From Acidobacteriota bacterium (GTDB taxonomy: Bacteria; Acidobacteriota; Vicinamibacteria; Marinacidobacterales; Marinacidobacteraceae), in contig VXWI01000036.1 in the NCBI GenBank assembly GCA_009835985.1, positions 81,311 through 145,310 of the forward strand: 64,000 nt of DNA. Reading direction: 5' to 3'. Positions within the stretch are counted from its first letter, which is position 1. Every line of letters begins with the position of its first letter. A program made the translations under genes and the position numbers. Positions 29,097 through 38,606 of the stretch are shown here, in pieces. The notes under the pieces are model-generated. The model saw only the letters and a list, made by a program, of their open reading frames with translations. It ran no database searches and had not been told where the DNA came from.

Positions 29097-31268
29097 TCAG
29101 CCGGGCAGCAGCGAGGTTCCGTCCATCTCCTCCGGCGGGTTGATCCCGAGCAGGTCCAGGACCGTCGGCGCGATGTCCATGAGCGACGCGGGCCCCCGGA
29201 GCGGCAGGTCCGAAGCGAGCACCCCGGCGGTGTCCTCCATGGAGCAGTGGTCCCCGCTCCAGTTGTCCAGGTTCGGGGTGATCACCGACGCGGGCATCCC
29301 TCCCAGCGTGCTCTGCCACCCGATCCGGTAGCCGGGCTCCAGCCCGAGAATCAGGTCGGGCGCCTCCTCCACGAACGGACCCTCGTAGATCTCCTCCCGC
29401 CGGTACACCTCGCGTACCACCAGATCTCCGGTCTCGGGGTCGCGAAACGTCTTGAGGTCGGCGATCAGCCTCTCGATCAGCTGGTCGCGCTCGGGACCCG
29501 GCTCCACGATGCCCTCGGGCTCCCGTTCGCGCTGGTTCAGGTAGATCCCGGAGAGGCCGAGGGCGAAGGCGCTCGTCCGGCTCCAGTCCACTCCGGGGAA
29601 GAAGAGCGCTTCCGGGTCGAACAGGTCTTCGAGCCGGCGCTGTCCCGAGTCCCCGGCCGCCCGCAGATACCCGTTCCGGGCGAGCCAGGTGTTCACGTTG
29701 AACTGCTTCCGGAAGGAGTGGAAGCCGTGGTCGGAGACCACCACGAACCGGGCGCCCGCGGGGGCCGCCGACATCGCCTCGCCGACGATGCGGTCCATCT
29801 CCCGGTAGGCGTCGGCGATGCCGCCGCCGTAACGCCGCGCGAGTTCCGGATCGTGGTTCGGGTGCTCGGGGTCGGCAAACCGGTAGAGCATGTGCTGGAT
29901 GCGGTCGGGAAACAGGAAGACGGACACCAGCAGACGCCAGGAGTCATCGCCCAGCGCGTCCAGCAGCAGCCTCTCGTTGGATTCGCGGGCGAACCGGGCG
30001 TCCTCGAGGAAGGCGTCGAAGTCCACCGCCTCGTCGCGCAGCGGGTTGGTGATGATCTTCCAGCCGACGGTCTCATAGGGGCCCGTCCGGCGGGCGAGAT
30101 CCCCCGCGAAGTCCTGGGGGAAGGACAGGTCCACGATGGGTGGCAGCCGCTCGGGATCGAAGTTGATCGGCTCCATGTACACCGCGACGTTCGGTTCGAG
30201 CGACAGCACCCGGAAGCGGACCAGGCCGGACACGCTGATGAGCGGATTCAGCGCGAAGTGGACCGACACGAAGTCGGACCATTCGCCGCTGGCCAGACTC
30301 GCGAACTGGCCGGAGGTCTCGATTTCGAGGCGTTCCCCGACCCGCCGGAAGCGGACCGGGATCTCGACCTCGGGCTGCTCGGCCTCGGTGACCGATACGG
30401 TGAAGTTCCGCGGCCCGCGGACCACACTCTCCGCCACGCCGTCGTCGAAGCGGAGCGGGAAGCGGGTGCCGCCGGTTTCGGTGGACTCCTCGTCGAGGAG
30501 GTCTGTCGTGTACACCGCCCAGAGTCCGAACGACTTTCGGGCGTCCGGGACCCCGAAGCCAGCCAGGATCCGGGTGCCGGGCGACTCCTCGACCGGGAAC
30601 TCCATCGGCGCCTGAAGCGCGATGGTGGAAACGCCCGCCCCACCGGCGATCTTCCAGAAGGCGTCTCCCTGCCGGGCCCGGACCGCCTGGGGAACGGCAT
30701 CCGGAACCCAGGCCGCGAGGAGCGCCGTTCCCGCGGCGGGCACGATCGTCGCCGCCGCCAGCACCGGCCAGCGGTACCGGGGATGGGCGCGCATGCGGTG
30801 GAGCACCCAGCTCGCCACGATGCCCGCGCCCAGGGCGATCACCAGCACGAGGCCCACCCGGAAGGGCGTTCCCGGGAGTTCGCTGGCGGCCTGCCGAACC
30901 AGCGCGATCTGGGGGACGTAGCTGCCCTCCCGTACCTCGAGGAAGTCGAAGATCCCCGTCCGGCCCGGGTTCATGCCGGTCGCGAAGGTCGCCCAGGCCA
31001 CGGGTGACTCGGAGGGTTTGGTGGTCTGGAGCGGAGCGAGCGTTCCACGCTCGCCGAGCCGCCGGAGGTTCGGCAGTTCCCCGGCGGCGATCATGGCGTC
31101 GATGGTGTCCGGATCCGCGCCATCGAATCCCAGCACCACCACCCGTTCCGGCGGTTGCGCCAGGGCCTCGCCGCCCGAGACCGGACCGAACCCGGCGGTG
31201 GCGGCGATCAGCACTCCGAGGATCCGGGCGCGGGACGCGGGTCTCGGTGCCGGGCGCTCGAACTCCAT
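29097..31268 (-). CDS. Alkaline phosphatase-superfamily (nucleotide pyrophosphatase/phosphodiesterase) protein
   Basis: VVLGFDGAD, SESPVAWATFATGMNPG..GIFDF, PDRIQH, VVSDHGF, WSGDH. ATG at 31268. Confidence 0.88.
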   Translation of the reverse strand: MEFERPAPRPASRARILGVLIAATAGFGPVSGGEALAQPPERVVVLGFDGADPDTIDAMIAAGELPNLRRLGERGTLAPLQTTKPSESPVAWATFATGMNPGRTGIFDFLEVREGSYVPQIALVRQAASELPGTPFRVGLVLVIALGAGIVASWVLHRMRAHPRYRWPVLAAATIVPAAGTALLAAWVPDAVPQAVRARQGDAFWKIAGGAGVSTIALQAPMEFPVEESPGTRILAGFGVPDARKSFGLWAVYTTDLLDEESTETGGTRFPLRFDDGVAESVVRGPRNFTVSVTEAEQPEVEIPVRFRRVGERLEIETSGQFASLASGEWSDFVSVHFALNPLISVSGLVRFRVLSLEPNVAVYMEPINFDPERLPPIVDLSFPQDFAGDLARRTGPYETVGWKIITNPLRDEAVDFDAFLEDARFARESNERLLLDALGDDSWRLLVSVFLFPDRIQHMLYRFADPEHPNHDPELARRYGGGIADAYREMDRIVGEAMSAAPAGARFVVVSDHGFHSFRKQFNVNTWLARNGYLRAAGDSGQRRLEDLFDPEALFFPGVDWSRTSAFALGLSGIYLNQREREPEGIVEPGPERDQLIERLIADLKTFRDPETGDLVVREVYRREEIYEGPFVEEAPDLILGLEPGYRIGWQSTLGGMPASVITPNLDNWSGDHCSMEDTAGVLASDLPLRGPASLMDIAPTVLDLLGINPPEEMDGTSLLPG

Positions 31269-31373
31269 GGGCGGGGAGAGGTTACTGCGGCGGGCGGGCC
31301 GCATTCCCGGCCTGCCCGCGCCCACTTTTCCGGGAGCGCTCCGGTGCCGCCCGTCCGGTAGCATTGGGCGGTT

Positions 31374-32684
31374 ATGCCGCTGCCAGGTCACCGACTCCGG
31401 CGTTTCGCCGCCCCGGCGGCGCTCCTGCTGCTTGCGATTCCGGGCCTCACCGCCCAGGAACTCGAGATCCTGCCCGACTACGAGACCGAGATGGCTGCGA
31501 TCACGGCCGATCCCCGGGTCGTGGCCGCACTCGACGACGTGCTCGCGATGGACGAGGAGAACGAACGTCTGCTCATCGAGTTGACGGAGATCGAGGCGCC
31601 GCCCTTCAAGGAAGAGAAACGGGCTCTCCACTACCGCGGACTCATCCGGGAAGCGGGGCTCGACGCGGACCTGGATGAGATCGGCAACGTCGTCGCGCGC
31701 CGGGCCGGGCGGGGAGGAGGCCGGACGGTGGCCGTGGTGGCCCACCTCGACACCGTGTTCCCCGAGGGCACCGACGTCACGGTCCGCAGGGAGGGCGACA
31801 AGCTCATGGCCCCCGGCATCGCCGACGACGCGCGCGGCCTGGTGACCATCCTGACCATCCTCCAGGTCATGGACCGCCACGGACTCGATACCCGGGACGA
31901 CGTGCTCTTCGTGGGATCGGTCGGCGAGGAGGGAATCGGCGACCTCCGCGGGGTGAAGCACCTCTTTCGGGACGGCGGGCCGAGCATTGACGCCTTCATC
32001 GCAATCGACGGCACGACCAACACGCGCGTCCTGAATCACGCGATCGGTTCCCATCGCTACCGGGTGCGCTTCCTGGGTCCGGGCGGGCATTCGTGGGGCG
32101 CGTTCGGCCTCGGGAACCCCGCTCACGCCATGGCCCGGGCCATCAAGCTCTTCGACGACCGGGCCGGGGAGTACGTCACCGCGGGCGCCAGGACGACCTA
32201 CAGCATCGGCCGCATCGGCGGTGGAACCTCGGTGAACTCGATCCCGTTCGAGAGTTGGATGGAAGTCGACATGCGCTCCATGGAACCCGGGCGGCTCAAG
32301 GAGATCGACGCCATCTTCCAGGCCGCGATGACCGAGGCGCTCGCCGAGCAGAACGAGCTGCGGCGCGACGGCGAGGAAATCACGGTGGACATCGAGATGA
32401 TCGGTAACCGTCCCTCCGGAATCGTCCCCATCGACACCCCCCTGATCCAGCGGGCCTTTGCCGCCACCCGCGCGGTGGGCGCCGAGCCCGAGCTCAGCAT
32501 GGGTTCGACCGATTCGAACGTCGCCATCTCGCTCGGAATCCCGGCCACCACGATCGGGAGCGGCGGAGAGGGCTTCGGCGCCCACTCGCTCCACGAGTGG
32601 TGGGCCAACCGGGACGGGCACCTCGGGATCCAGAAGGCGCTACTGCTCGTGCTGGCCGAGGCCGGCTTCGAAGCCGCGAACTAG
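31374..32684 (+). CDS. Exported M20/M25/M40-family metallopeptidase
   Basis: Signal peptide, AHLDTVF, APGIADDARG, GEEG.GDLRG, GPGGHSWG, GSTDSN, AHSLHEW. Confidence 0.9.
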   Translation: MPLPGHRLRRFAAPAALLLLAIPGLTAQELEILPDYETEMAAITADPRVVAALDDVLAMDEENERLLIELTEIEAPPFKEEKRALHYRGLIREAGLDADLDEIGNVVARRAGRGGGRTVAVVAHLDTVFPEGTDVTVRREGDKLMAPGIADDARGLVTILTILQVMDRHGLDTRDDVLFVGSVGEEGIGDLRGVKHLFRDGGPSIDAFIAIDGTTNTRVLNHAIGSHRYRVRFLGPGGHSWGAFGLGNPAHAMARAIKLFDDRAGEYVTAGARTTYSIGRIGGGTSVNSIPFESWMEVDMRSMEPGRLKEIDAIFQAAMTEALAEQNELRRDGEEITVDIEMIGNRPSGIVPIDTPLIQRAFAATRAVGAEPELSMGSTDSNVAISLGIPATTIGSGGEGFGAHSLHEWWANRDGHLGIQKALLLVLAEAGFEAAN

Positions 32685-32693
32685 GAGGCAGCC

Positions 32694-32990
32694 GTGTCCG
32701 CTTGCCAGTTCGACTTCAGCCTGCCGGCCGAGGTATCGAGCCTCCTCGAGGGGCTGCGGGCCGATTTCGCCCGCTTCGGGGGCACGGTCAGCGGTGACGG
32801 CGGGCCCGGGTTCGGAGAGTTCTCGCTGCCGACCCCGCTCGGGACCTTCTCCGGAACCTACGAGGTCTCGAGCGACACCCCGGGGGTCTGCGCCGTCCAC
32901 ATCGAAGTGGACGAGAAGCCGATGTTCGTCCCCTGTTCGGCGATCGAGGAACACCTCGGGCGACGCCTCAGCAAGGCCGCCGCCCGTTAG
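32694..32990 (+). CDS. Small hypothetical protein (98 aa)
   Basis: AGGAGG RBS, globular-looking composition, followed by a hairpin (aggagtctgc/gcagactcct). Confidence 0.7.
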   Translation: MSACQFDFSLPAEVSSLLEGLRADFARFGGTVSGDGGPGFGEFSLPTPLGTFSGTYEVSSDTPGVCAVHIEVDEKPMFVPCSAIEEHLGRRLSKAAAR

Positions 32991-33178
32991 GAGTCTGCGC
33001 CGCAGACTCCTCGGGAGCCCCCACCGGGAGAACTGGGCCGGCCTCCAGGCCGGCACGCGCTGGCCCCAGGCCAGCGCCCGGCGCTTCGCTGCTCGCCCCA
33101 GGGTCCCTCCGGACCTGAAGGGAGCGCCGGTCCGGCCTGGTCACAGGCGGCCCGGAACCGCAGGCCGGGCCGCTCGGG

Positions 33179-34051
33179 TCAGCGGCGGGCGACCGGGTTC
33201 TCGAGGACCCCGGCCGTCTCGACCTCGACGGAGACCGTGTCGCCCTCGCTCATCGCCTGCGTGGTCCCCGGGGTCCCGGTGAAGATGACGTCGCCGGGCA
33301 TCAGGGTCACGTAGCGGCTCACGTAGCTCACGATGTCGCTCGTGTCGAAGATCAGGTCGCTCGTCCGCTGCTGCTGGACGACCTCCCCGTTCAGCCGGGT
33401 GGTGAGTTCAAGATCGTCGTAGTTGACGCCGCGCGAGATCACCGGGCCGATGGGGCCGTAGGTGTCCGCCGCCTTGGCGCGGAACCACTGGAGATCGGCG
33501 CTCTGCCAGTCGCGTTCGCTGACGTCGTTGCCGGCGGTCACCCCGAAGATGTACTCCTGCGCCGCCTCCACCGGGACGTCGCGCGCCTCCTTGGCGATGA
33601 CCAGCACCAACTCGCCCTCGTAGTGGACGTTGCCGGCGTCCTCGGTCATTTCGATGGCGTCGCCGGGGCCGACGATGCTGGTCGGCAACTTGGCGAAGAC
33701 GCCGGGATAGGGCGCCGGTTCGCGCCCGCCCAGGTGCGAGGCGTAGTTGAGGCCGATGGCGATGACCTTGCCGGGGTCGGCCGGCGCCAGGAGGCTTGCT
33801 CCGTCCCGCGCCACCCGGTCTCCGGTGGGGGCGCCACCCGCCCAGGGCGCCGCGTGGAGCGCCACGATCTCATCGCCCTCGATCCGCCCCCAGGCCGGCG
33901 CGCCCGAGGCGTCCGCAAACCGCACGTACTCGCCGGCCGGCTGGTCGTCCACGGCGAGCGCGGCCGGCTCCATGGGCTCCTCGACGGGTGGAGCCCCGCA
34001 ACCGAGCAGGAACGAGACAGCGATGAGGGTCAGGAAAACGGTTCTGGGCAC
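33179..34051 (-). CDS. Fumarylacetoacetate hydrolase family protein with lipoprotein signal peptide
   Basis: IGLNYASH, HYEGEL, GNDVSERDWQ, KAADTYGPIGP, PGDVIFTGTPG; N-terminal LLGC lipobox. Confidence 0.92.
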   Translation of the reverse strand: MPRTVFLTLIAVSFLLGCGAPPVEEPMEPAALAVDDQPAGEYVRFADASGAPAWGRIEGDEIVALHAAPWAGGAPTGDRVARDGASLLAPADPGKVIAIGLNYASHLGGREPAPYPGVFAKLPTSIVGPGDAIEMTEDAGNVHYEGELVLVIAKEARDVPVEAAQEYIFGVTAGNDVSERDWQSADLQWFRAKAADTYGPIGPVISRGVNYDDLELTTRLNGEVVQQQRTSDLIFDTSDIVSYVSRYVTLMPGDVIFTGTPGTTQAMSEGDTVSVEVETAGVLENPVARR

Positions 34052-34097
34052 GGGAATCCTCCTCGGACGGACCGGAGTGCAGGATATCGGTTAGCGG

Positions 34098-34517
34098 TCA
34101 AGGATTGAGGAGACGGCAGTTTCGGTTGCGGGCGACGATCTCGTACGCGGCGAGTTCGGCGAGCAGGAGAGGGGGCAGGACATAGGCGGCCACCACCAGG
34201 AAGCGGGCCGGAAGACCCGTCCAGCCGGGTGGGGCAGCGTGCAGGAGGAACCGGTTGACCGCGAAGGCCCCGCCGTGGAACGTGCCGCGGGCGTCCCGGA
34301 AACGGACCCGCTTCTCGCACGCGCTCCGTGAAACGCCCAGTTGCCGCAGCTGGTCGTCGGTCAGTTCCTGATGCGCGACGAAACGGACCGGCCGGTCTTC
34401 CGCGAAGCGGGCCGCCGCGACCGCGGCGCGCGCGCAGAACCCTCAACCGCCGTCATAGATGACGACGGGAACCCCATCCGCGAAACGTGCGTCCGGCCGG
34501 GGAGCGCCCGAACTCAA
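34098..34517 (-). CDS. DCC/DUF393-family thiol-disulfide oxidoreductase, candidate selenoprotein (UxxC; in-frame TGA at 34443-34445)
   Basis: TTG start overlaps the upstream stop (TTGA). Translation: MSSGAPRPDARFADGVPVVIYDGG-U-GFCARAA...GGAFAV...YEIVARNRNCRLLNP. The YDGxCxxC and YxxVARNR family motifs lie on either side of the TGA. Confidence 0.8.
34413..34428 (-). promoter_or_regulatory. Putative bacterial SECIS hairpin
   Basis: mRNA +15..+30 after the UGA: CGCCGC-GGUC-GCGGCG, a 6-bp GC stem with a GGUC loop. Confidence 0.65.
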
Positions 34518-34798
34518 CTGAGATCGAGCCGGGGGGTGTCCCGTCCGCTTCCGTTGAAGCTGTTCTCCGGATACCGGCGCAGCAGCCAGACGCGAAAGAT
34601 CCCCACGCCGAGCCCGATCAGCACGGTGCCGAGGAGCAGCGTTCCGGCGAGGGCGAAGGATTCGAGGATGAGCGTCAGGATGCCGCGTTCCGGTTCCTCG
34701 CTCGGGAGCGTGACGTACTCGACGACCTGCCGCTGCTGGAGCATGGCCCGGGAAGCGAGGGAGTCGAGGAAACCGAACGGCTGGATCATTCCGGACAT
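34514..34798 (-). CDS. Small single-pass membrane protein
   Basis: Hydrophobic segment ILESFALAGTLLLGTVLIGLGVGIF; its stop overlaps the start of the DCC gene. Confidence 0.65.
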   Translation of the reverse strand: MSGMIQPFGFLDSLASRAMLQQRQVVEYVTLPSEEPERGILTLILESFALAGTLLLGTVLIGLGVGIFRVWLLRRYPENSFNGSGRDTPRLDLS

Positions 34799-34829
34799 CG
34801 GGCCGGCGCCGGTGGAGCGGCGCCCTCGA

Positions 34830-35597
34830 TCACCCGATGTTTCGGATTGTAGCGGGCGACCCGGCTGGACTGGCGATGCGGTCCAGGGAACGGTGCAGGG
34901 AGCGTTCGATGCGCTCGGTCAGCGGCGCGGTGTCGAAGCGGAAGGCGCGCGACACGTCCTCGCGAATGCCCGGCGCGTCCTCCACCTCGAACCAGATCGG
35001 CGGCTGGTCGTCGGCAAGGGCAAAGAAGGTGAGCATCAGGTGCGCCACCCGGAAGTTGGCGCGTTCGAAGGGTGAGATCTCGAGGAAGCGGGCAAAGAAG
35101 AGCGCCGCGCGCGGTGCGGTTTCGAGATCGCGCCCGCTGGCGCCCGAGACCCACTCCAGGAGGTTGCCGAGCCGGAGCGCCACGGTCTGCGGCGGCGAGA
35201 GACCGGCTCCCTGAAACTGCGGTTCGATCTGTTGGGTGCGGAAGGGGCTTGCTCCGGCGAGGCCGGCGGAGACGGCGTGCAGCTCACCGATCAGCTCCTC
35301 GGTGGGGTCGCGTTCGGCGGCAGCGTTTCCGATGAGCCCGAGGGCCCCGAGGGCCGGACCGAACGCGGGGGTTGGCGCACCCCGGCGCGCCGCCTGAATC
35401 TCCGGTTCGGTCAGGGCCGTCCCGGTCAGCTGCAGCGTCGCGCGGGCCGCCTCCACCACCAGCTCCCCCCGGCCGGAACGCCACCGTTCGCTGCCGGTCT
35501 GCGCCCGGACCCGGTCGCGCCGCGCGCGGATTTCCTGTCCGGGCCCCTGGGGACGCGGCGCCCCCGTGCCCGGGTGAAGCGGCAGGGTCTCGCTCAT
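34830..35597 (-). CDS. Fic-domain protein with degenerate catalytic motif
   Basis: ELH...PFRT, AALFFARFLEISPFERANFRVAHLML aligns with the Fic HPFxDGNGRxxR helix. Confidence 0.65.
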   Translation of the reverse strand: MSETLPLHPGTGAPRPQGPGQEIRARRDRVRAQTGSERWRSGRGELVVEAARATLQLTGTALTEPEIQAARRGAPTPAFGPALGALGLIGNAAAERDPTEELIGELHAVSAGLAGASPFRTQQIEPQFQGAGLSPPQTVALRLGNLLEWVSGASGRDLETAPRAALFFARFLEISPFERANFRVAHLMLTFFALADDQPPIWFEVEDAPGIREDVSRAFRFDTAPLTERIERSLHRSLDRIASPAGSPATIRNIG

Positions 35598-35722
35598 TCG
35601 GCGAAGTTTAGGAGTCCGTCCCGGGTTTGTCGCGTGTCCTGGCGTGCCGCCGCGGGCCGGCCGGAGGTCGGCGTGCCGCGCCGGCAGGCGGCGTCCGCGG
35701 CGCCAGAGCCTAGAATCGTTCC

Positions 35723-36526
35723 GTGCTCGCCCGCCGGATCATTCCCTGTCTCGATGTGAAGAACGGCCGGGTGGTCAAGGGCGTGCGCTTCCAGAACCTC
35801 ACCGACGAGGGGGATCCGGTGGAATGCGCCGTGGCGTATGGCGCCGCCGAAGCGGACGAGTTGTGTCTCCTCGACATCACCGCCACCTGGGAGGCGCGCG
35901 GGACCGCGTTGAACACCGTCGGGCGCGTCGCGGAAGCGCTCACCATTCCCTTCACGGTCGGAGGCGGGGTGCGCTCGGTCGCCGACATGGACAACCTGCT
36001 CCGGGCCGGCGCCGACAAGGTCTCCCTGAACAGCGCCGCGGTCGCGCGGCCGGAACTCCTCGCCGAGTGCAGCCGCCGGTTCGGGTCCCAGTGCCTGGTG
36101 CTCGCGGTGGATGCCCGCCGCACCCCGGGAGGCGGGTTCGAGGTGGTGGTGGCGGGAGGACGGATCCCCACCGGACGGGACGCCATCGAATGGCTTCGGC
36201 GCGGCGAGGATCTCGGCGCCGGGGAGATCCTTCTTACCAGCATGGACCGGGACGGAACAACGGACGGCTATGACCTCGAGCAACTCCAGGAAGCGACCGA
36301 GGCCGTCTCCGTGCCGGTGATCGCCTCCGGCGGCGCCGGTCACCCCTCGCACCTGGCCGAGGTCTTCGAAACGACCGGCGCGAGCGCGGCGCTCGCCGCG
36401 TCCATCTTCCATCGCGGCGTTCACCCGGTTGCCGAGGTGAAGCGTTTCCTCGCCCGGCGGGGGATCCCGATCCGTCCGCCGGAAAGCGACTTCTTCACCG
36501 TTCCCGAACCCACTGTCGCTCAATGA
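35723..36526 (+). CDS. hisF: Imidazole glycerol phosphate synthase cyclase subunit
   Basis: [39 protein letters not shown]. Confidence 0.97.
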   Translation: MLARRIIPCLDVKNGRVVKGVRFQNLTDEGDPVECAVAYGAAEADELCLLDITATWEARGTALNTVGRVAEALTIPFTVGGGVRSVADMDNLLRAGADKVSLNSAAVARPELLAECSRRFGSQCLVLAVDARRTPGGGFEVVVAGGRIPTGRDAIEWLRRGEDLGAGEILLTSMDRDGTTDGYDLEQLQEATEAVSVPVIASGGAGHPSHLAEVFETTGASAALAASIFHRGVHPVAEVKRFLARRGIPIRPPESDFFTVPEPTVAQ

Positions 36527-37185
36527 AACCGAAGGTCAAGTGGAACGAAGCCGGCCTCGTTCCGGCGGTGGTCCAGGACGCGATGAGCGGCCGCATCCTC
36601 ATGCTCGCCTGGATGAACGCGGAGGCCCTGACCCGGACGATCGAGAGCGGGCGGGTTCATTTCTGGTCGAGGAGCCGCCGGACCCTCTGGAGGAAGGGCG
36701 AGACTTCGGGCAACGAACTCCATCTCCGCTCCCTGACCGCCGACTGTGACGGCGACGCCCTCCTGGTGCAGGCGGACCCCGCCGGTCCGAGCTGTCACAC
36801 GGGCCGGACATCGTGCTTCTTCGAGCCGGTGGCGGAGGGAGGCGAAGCTCCGGAATCCGCGTCCGCTCTCGAACTTGGCCCCGCGCTCGGCGCGCTGACC
36901 CGGATTGTCCGGGAACGCGCGGTGAGTCGTCCCGAGGGCTCCTACACGGCGGCCCTGCTCACGGCGGGCACCCCTCGGATCGCCCAGAAGGTGGGCGAGG
37001 AAGCCGTCGAGGTGTCGCTCGCCGCGGTCTCCGGGTCAGCCGGCGAGGTCGTGAACGAGTCCGTGGATCTCCTCTACCACCTGCTCGTCCTGCTCGAGGC
37101 GCTTGGAATCGACGGGCGGGAGGTGGCGGCGGAGATCACCCGCCGGTTCCCCGCCCAGGGTTCCTCAGCGGACCGAGACCCCTAA
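36523..37185 (+). CDS. hisIE: Bifunctional phosphoribosyl-AMP cyclohydrolase/phosphoribosyl-ATP pyrophosphatase
   Basis: [43 protein letters not shown]. Confidence 0.96.
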   Translation: MKPKVKWNEAGLVPAVVQDAMSGRILMLAWMNAEALTRTIESGRVHFWSRSRRTLWRKGETSGNELHLRSLTADCDGDALLVQADPAGPSCHTGRTSCFFEPVAEGGEAPESASALELGPALGALTRIVRERAVSRPEGSYTAALLTAGTPRIAQKVGEEAVEVSLAAVSGSAGEVVNESVDLLYHLLVLLEALGIDGREVAAEITRRFPAQGSSADRDP

Positions 37186-37973
37186 CGGAGCGCCCGCCGG
37201 GCCTCGGGAAGCGTGAAACGCCCCTCGTAGAGCGCCCGCCCCAGAATGACGCCCGCGAGGCGGCCCGTCACGGGACGGGCGCCGAGCGCGAGTTCATGCT
37301 CCCGGGCTGCGGTGCGCACCGCCCGCAGATGCGAGAGCGCCCCGACGCCGCCCGCCACCACCGTCGGCAGTCCGGAAGCGGCGGCCACGCGCAGCGCGGC
37401 CTCCGCATCCGGCCCGTCCATGGTGCCGTCGCGCTCGACGCTCGTGTACACGATGGCGGACGCCCCGCACTCGCCCCAGTGGCGCGCCGCGGCTTCCGGC
37501 GTCATCCCCGCCCGGGCGGCGCCGCTGGCGGCCGGTTCGACCCAGCCCCGCGTCTGCAGCCGGCCGCCACGGACGTCGAGCGCTACCGCGACCCCCGCCC
37601 CGTCCATCCGGATCGCCTCCTCCACCACCCGCGGGGCCTCGACGGCGACGGTTCCGAACACGACCCGGGCGGCGCCCGCTTCCCGGAGCGCCGCGTAGGA
37701 CTCCACCGTCCGGACGCCACCCGCGACCTGTACCTTGAGCGGCGACTCTTGCAGAAGCCGCAGGATCGCATCGCGGTTGCCGCCGTCCCCGAAGGCGGCG
37801 TCGAGGTCCACCACGTGCAGCCAGCGCGCTCCGGCGGCGGCGAAACCGCTCGCGGTCCGGAGCGGATCGTCGCCGTACACCGTCTCGCGCTCCCGCAACC
37901 CCCGGAGCAGGCGCACGACCCGCCCGCCGGAGAGGTCCACCGCGGGAACGGGCTCGAGCGCTCCGGAGGACAC
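37182..37973 (-). CDS. hisA: ProFAR isomerase
   Basis: [45 protein letters not shown]. Confidence 0.95.
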   Translation of the reverse strand: MSSGALEPVPAVDLSGGRVVRLLRGLRERETVYGDDPLRTASGFAAAGARWLHVVDLDAAFGDGGNRDAILRLLQESPLKVQVAGGVRTVESYAALREAGAARVVFGTVAVEAPRVVEEAIRMDGAGVAVALDVRGGRLQTRGWVEPAASGAARAGMTPEAAARHWGECGASAIVYTSVERDGTMDGPDAEAALRVAAASGLPTVVAGGVGALSHLRAVRTAAREHELALGARPVTGRLAGVILGRALYEGRFTLPEARRALR

Positions 37974-37976
37974 GGC

Positions 37977-38600
37977 TCAGCGCTCTTCCCCGCCGAGCGC
38001 CAGAAAGTTGGAGAGCACCCGGGCGCCGAGGCGACCGCTCTTCTCGGGGTGGAACTGAATCCCGGAAACACGGCCGTTCCCCGCCGCCGACGCGAATCGG
38101 ACTCCGTACTCGGTAGTGGCCAGCCAGTGGCGCCCCTCGGCGGGGTCCGCGTAGAACGAGTGGAGGAAATAGGCGTAGCCGCCGTCGGGGATGCCGCGAA
38201 ACAGGGGAGCCCCACCGAACTCCTCCAGTTGGTTCCAGCCGATGTGCGGCACGCGGAGCCGGCCGCCGAAACGGCGGACGCGTCCCGGCAAAAGGCCGAG
38301 CCCGCGAACTCCGGGCGCTTCATCGCTTCCGGTGAAGAGCATCTGCAGGCCGACGCAGATTCCGAGCAGCCAGGCTCCGGAACCGATTGCGCTTTCCAGG
38401 GGCGCTTCGAGCCCGCGCTCCCGGAATGCCCGCATCGCTTCGCCGAAATGCCCGTCCCCTGGCAGGACCAGGCGCTTCGCGGTGGCAATGCGCGCGGGAT
38501 CGGAGGTGAGGACCACTTCAGCCCCCTGCCTCCGGAGGGCGCGGACCACACTGGCGAGGTTCCCGGCGCCGTGGTCCACCACGACTGCTGCGGCGGCCAC
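37977..38600 (-). CDS. hisH: Imidazole glycerol phosphate synthase glutaminase subunit
   Basis: GNLASV, LGICVGLQML, VPHIGWN, QFHPEKS. Confidence 0.95.
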   Translation of the reverse strand: MAAAAVVVDHGAGNLASVVRALRRQGAEVVLTSDPARIATAKRLVLPGDGHFGEAMRAFRERGLEAPLESAIGSGAWLLGICVGLQMLFTGSDEAPGVRGLGLLPGRVRRFGGRLRVPHIGWNQLEEFGGAPLFRGIPDGGYAYFLHSFYADPAEGRHWLATTEYGVRFASAAGNGRVSGIQFHPEKSGRLGARVLSNFLALGGEER

Positions 38601-38606
38601 GGGTTG

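Noticed and set aside
25862-32621. Apparent giant fusions (994-aa and 1174-aa ORFs; also 42651-45107)
   Set aside because: The N-terminal extensions overlap other real genes (antisense or out of frame); recognisable domains start at 27226, 31268 and 43751.
34060-34510. Apparent gene-free gap considered as an ncRNA or pseudogene
   Set aside because: No tRNA-like ends were seen. The gap is better explained by the DCC gene with a single TGA at a catalytic Cys position and no other lesions.
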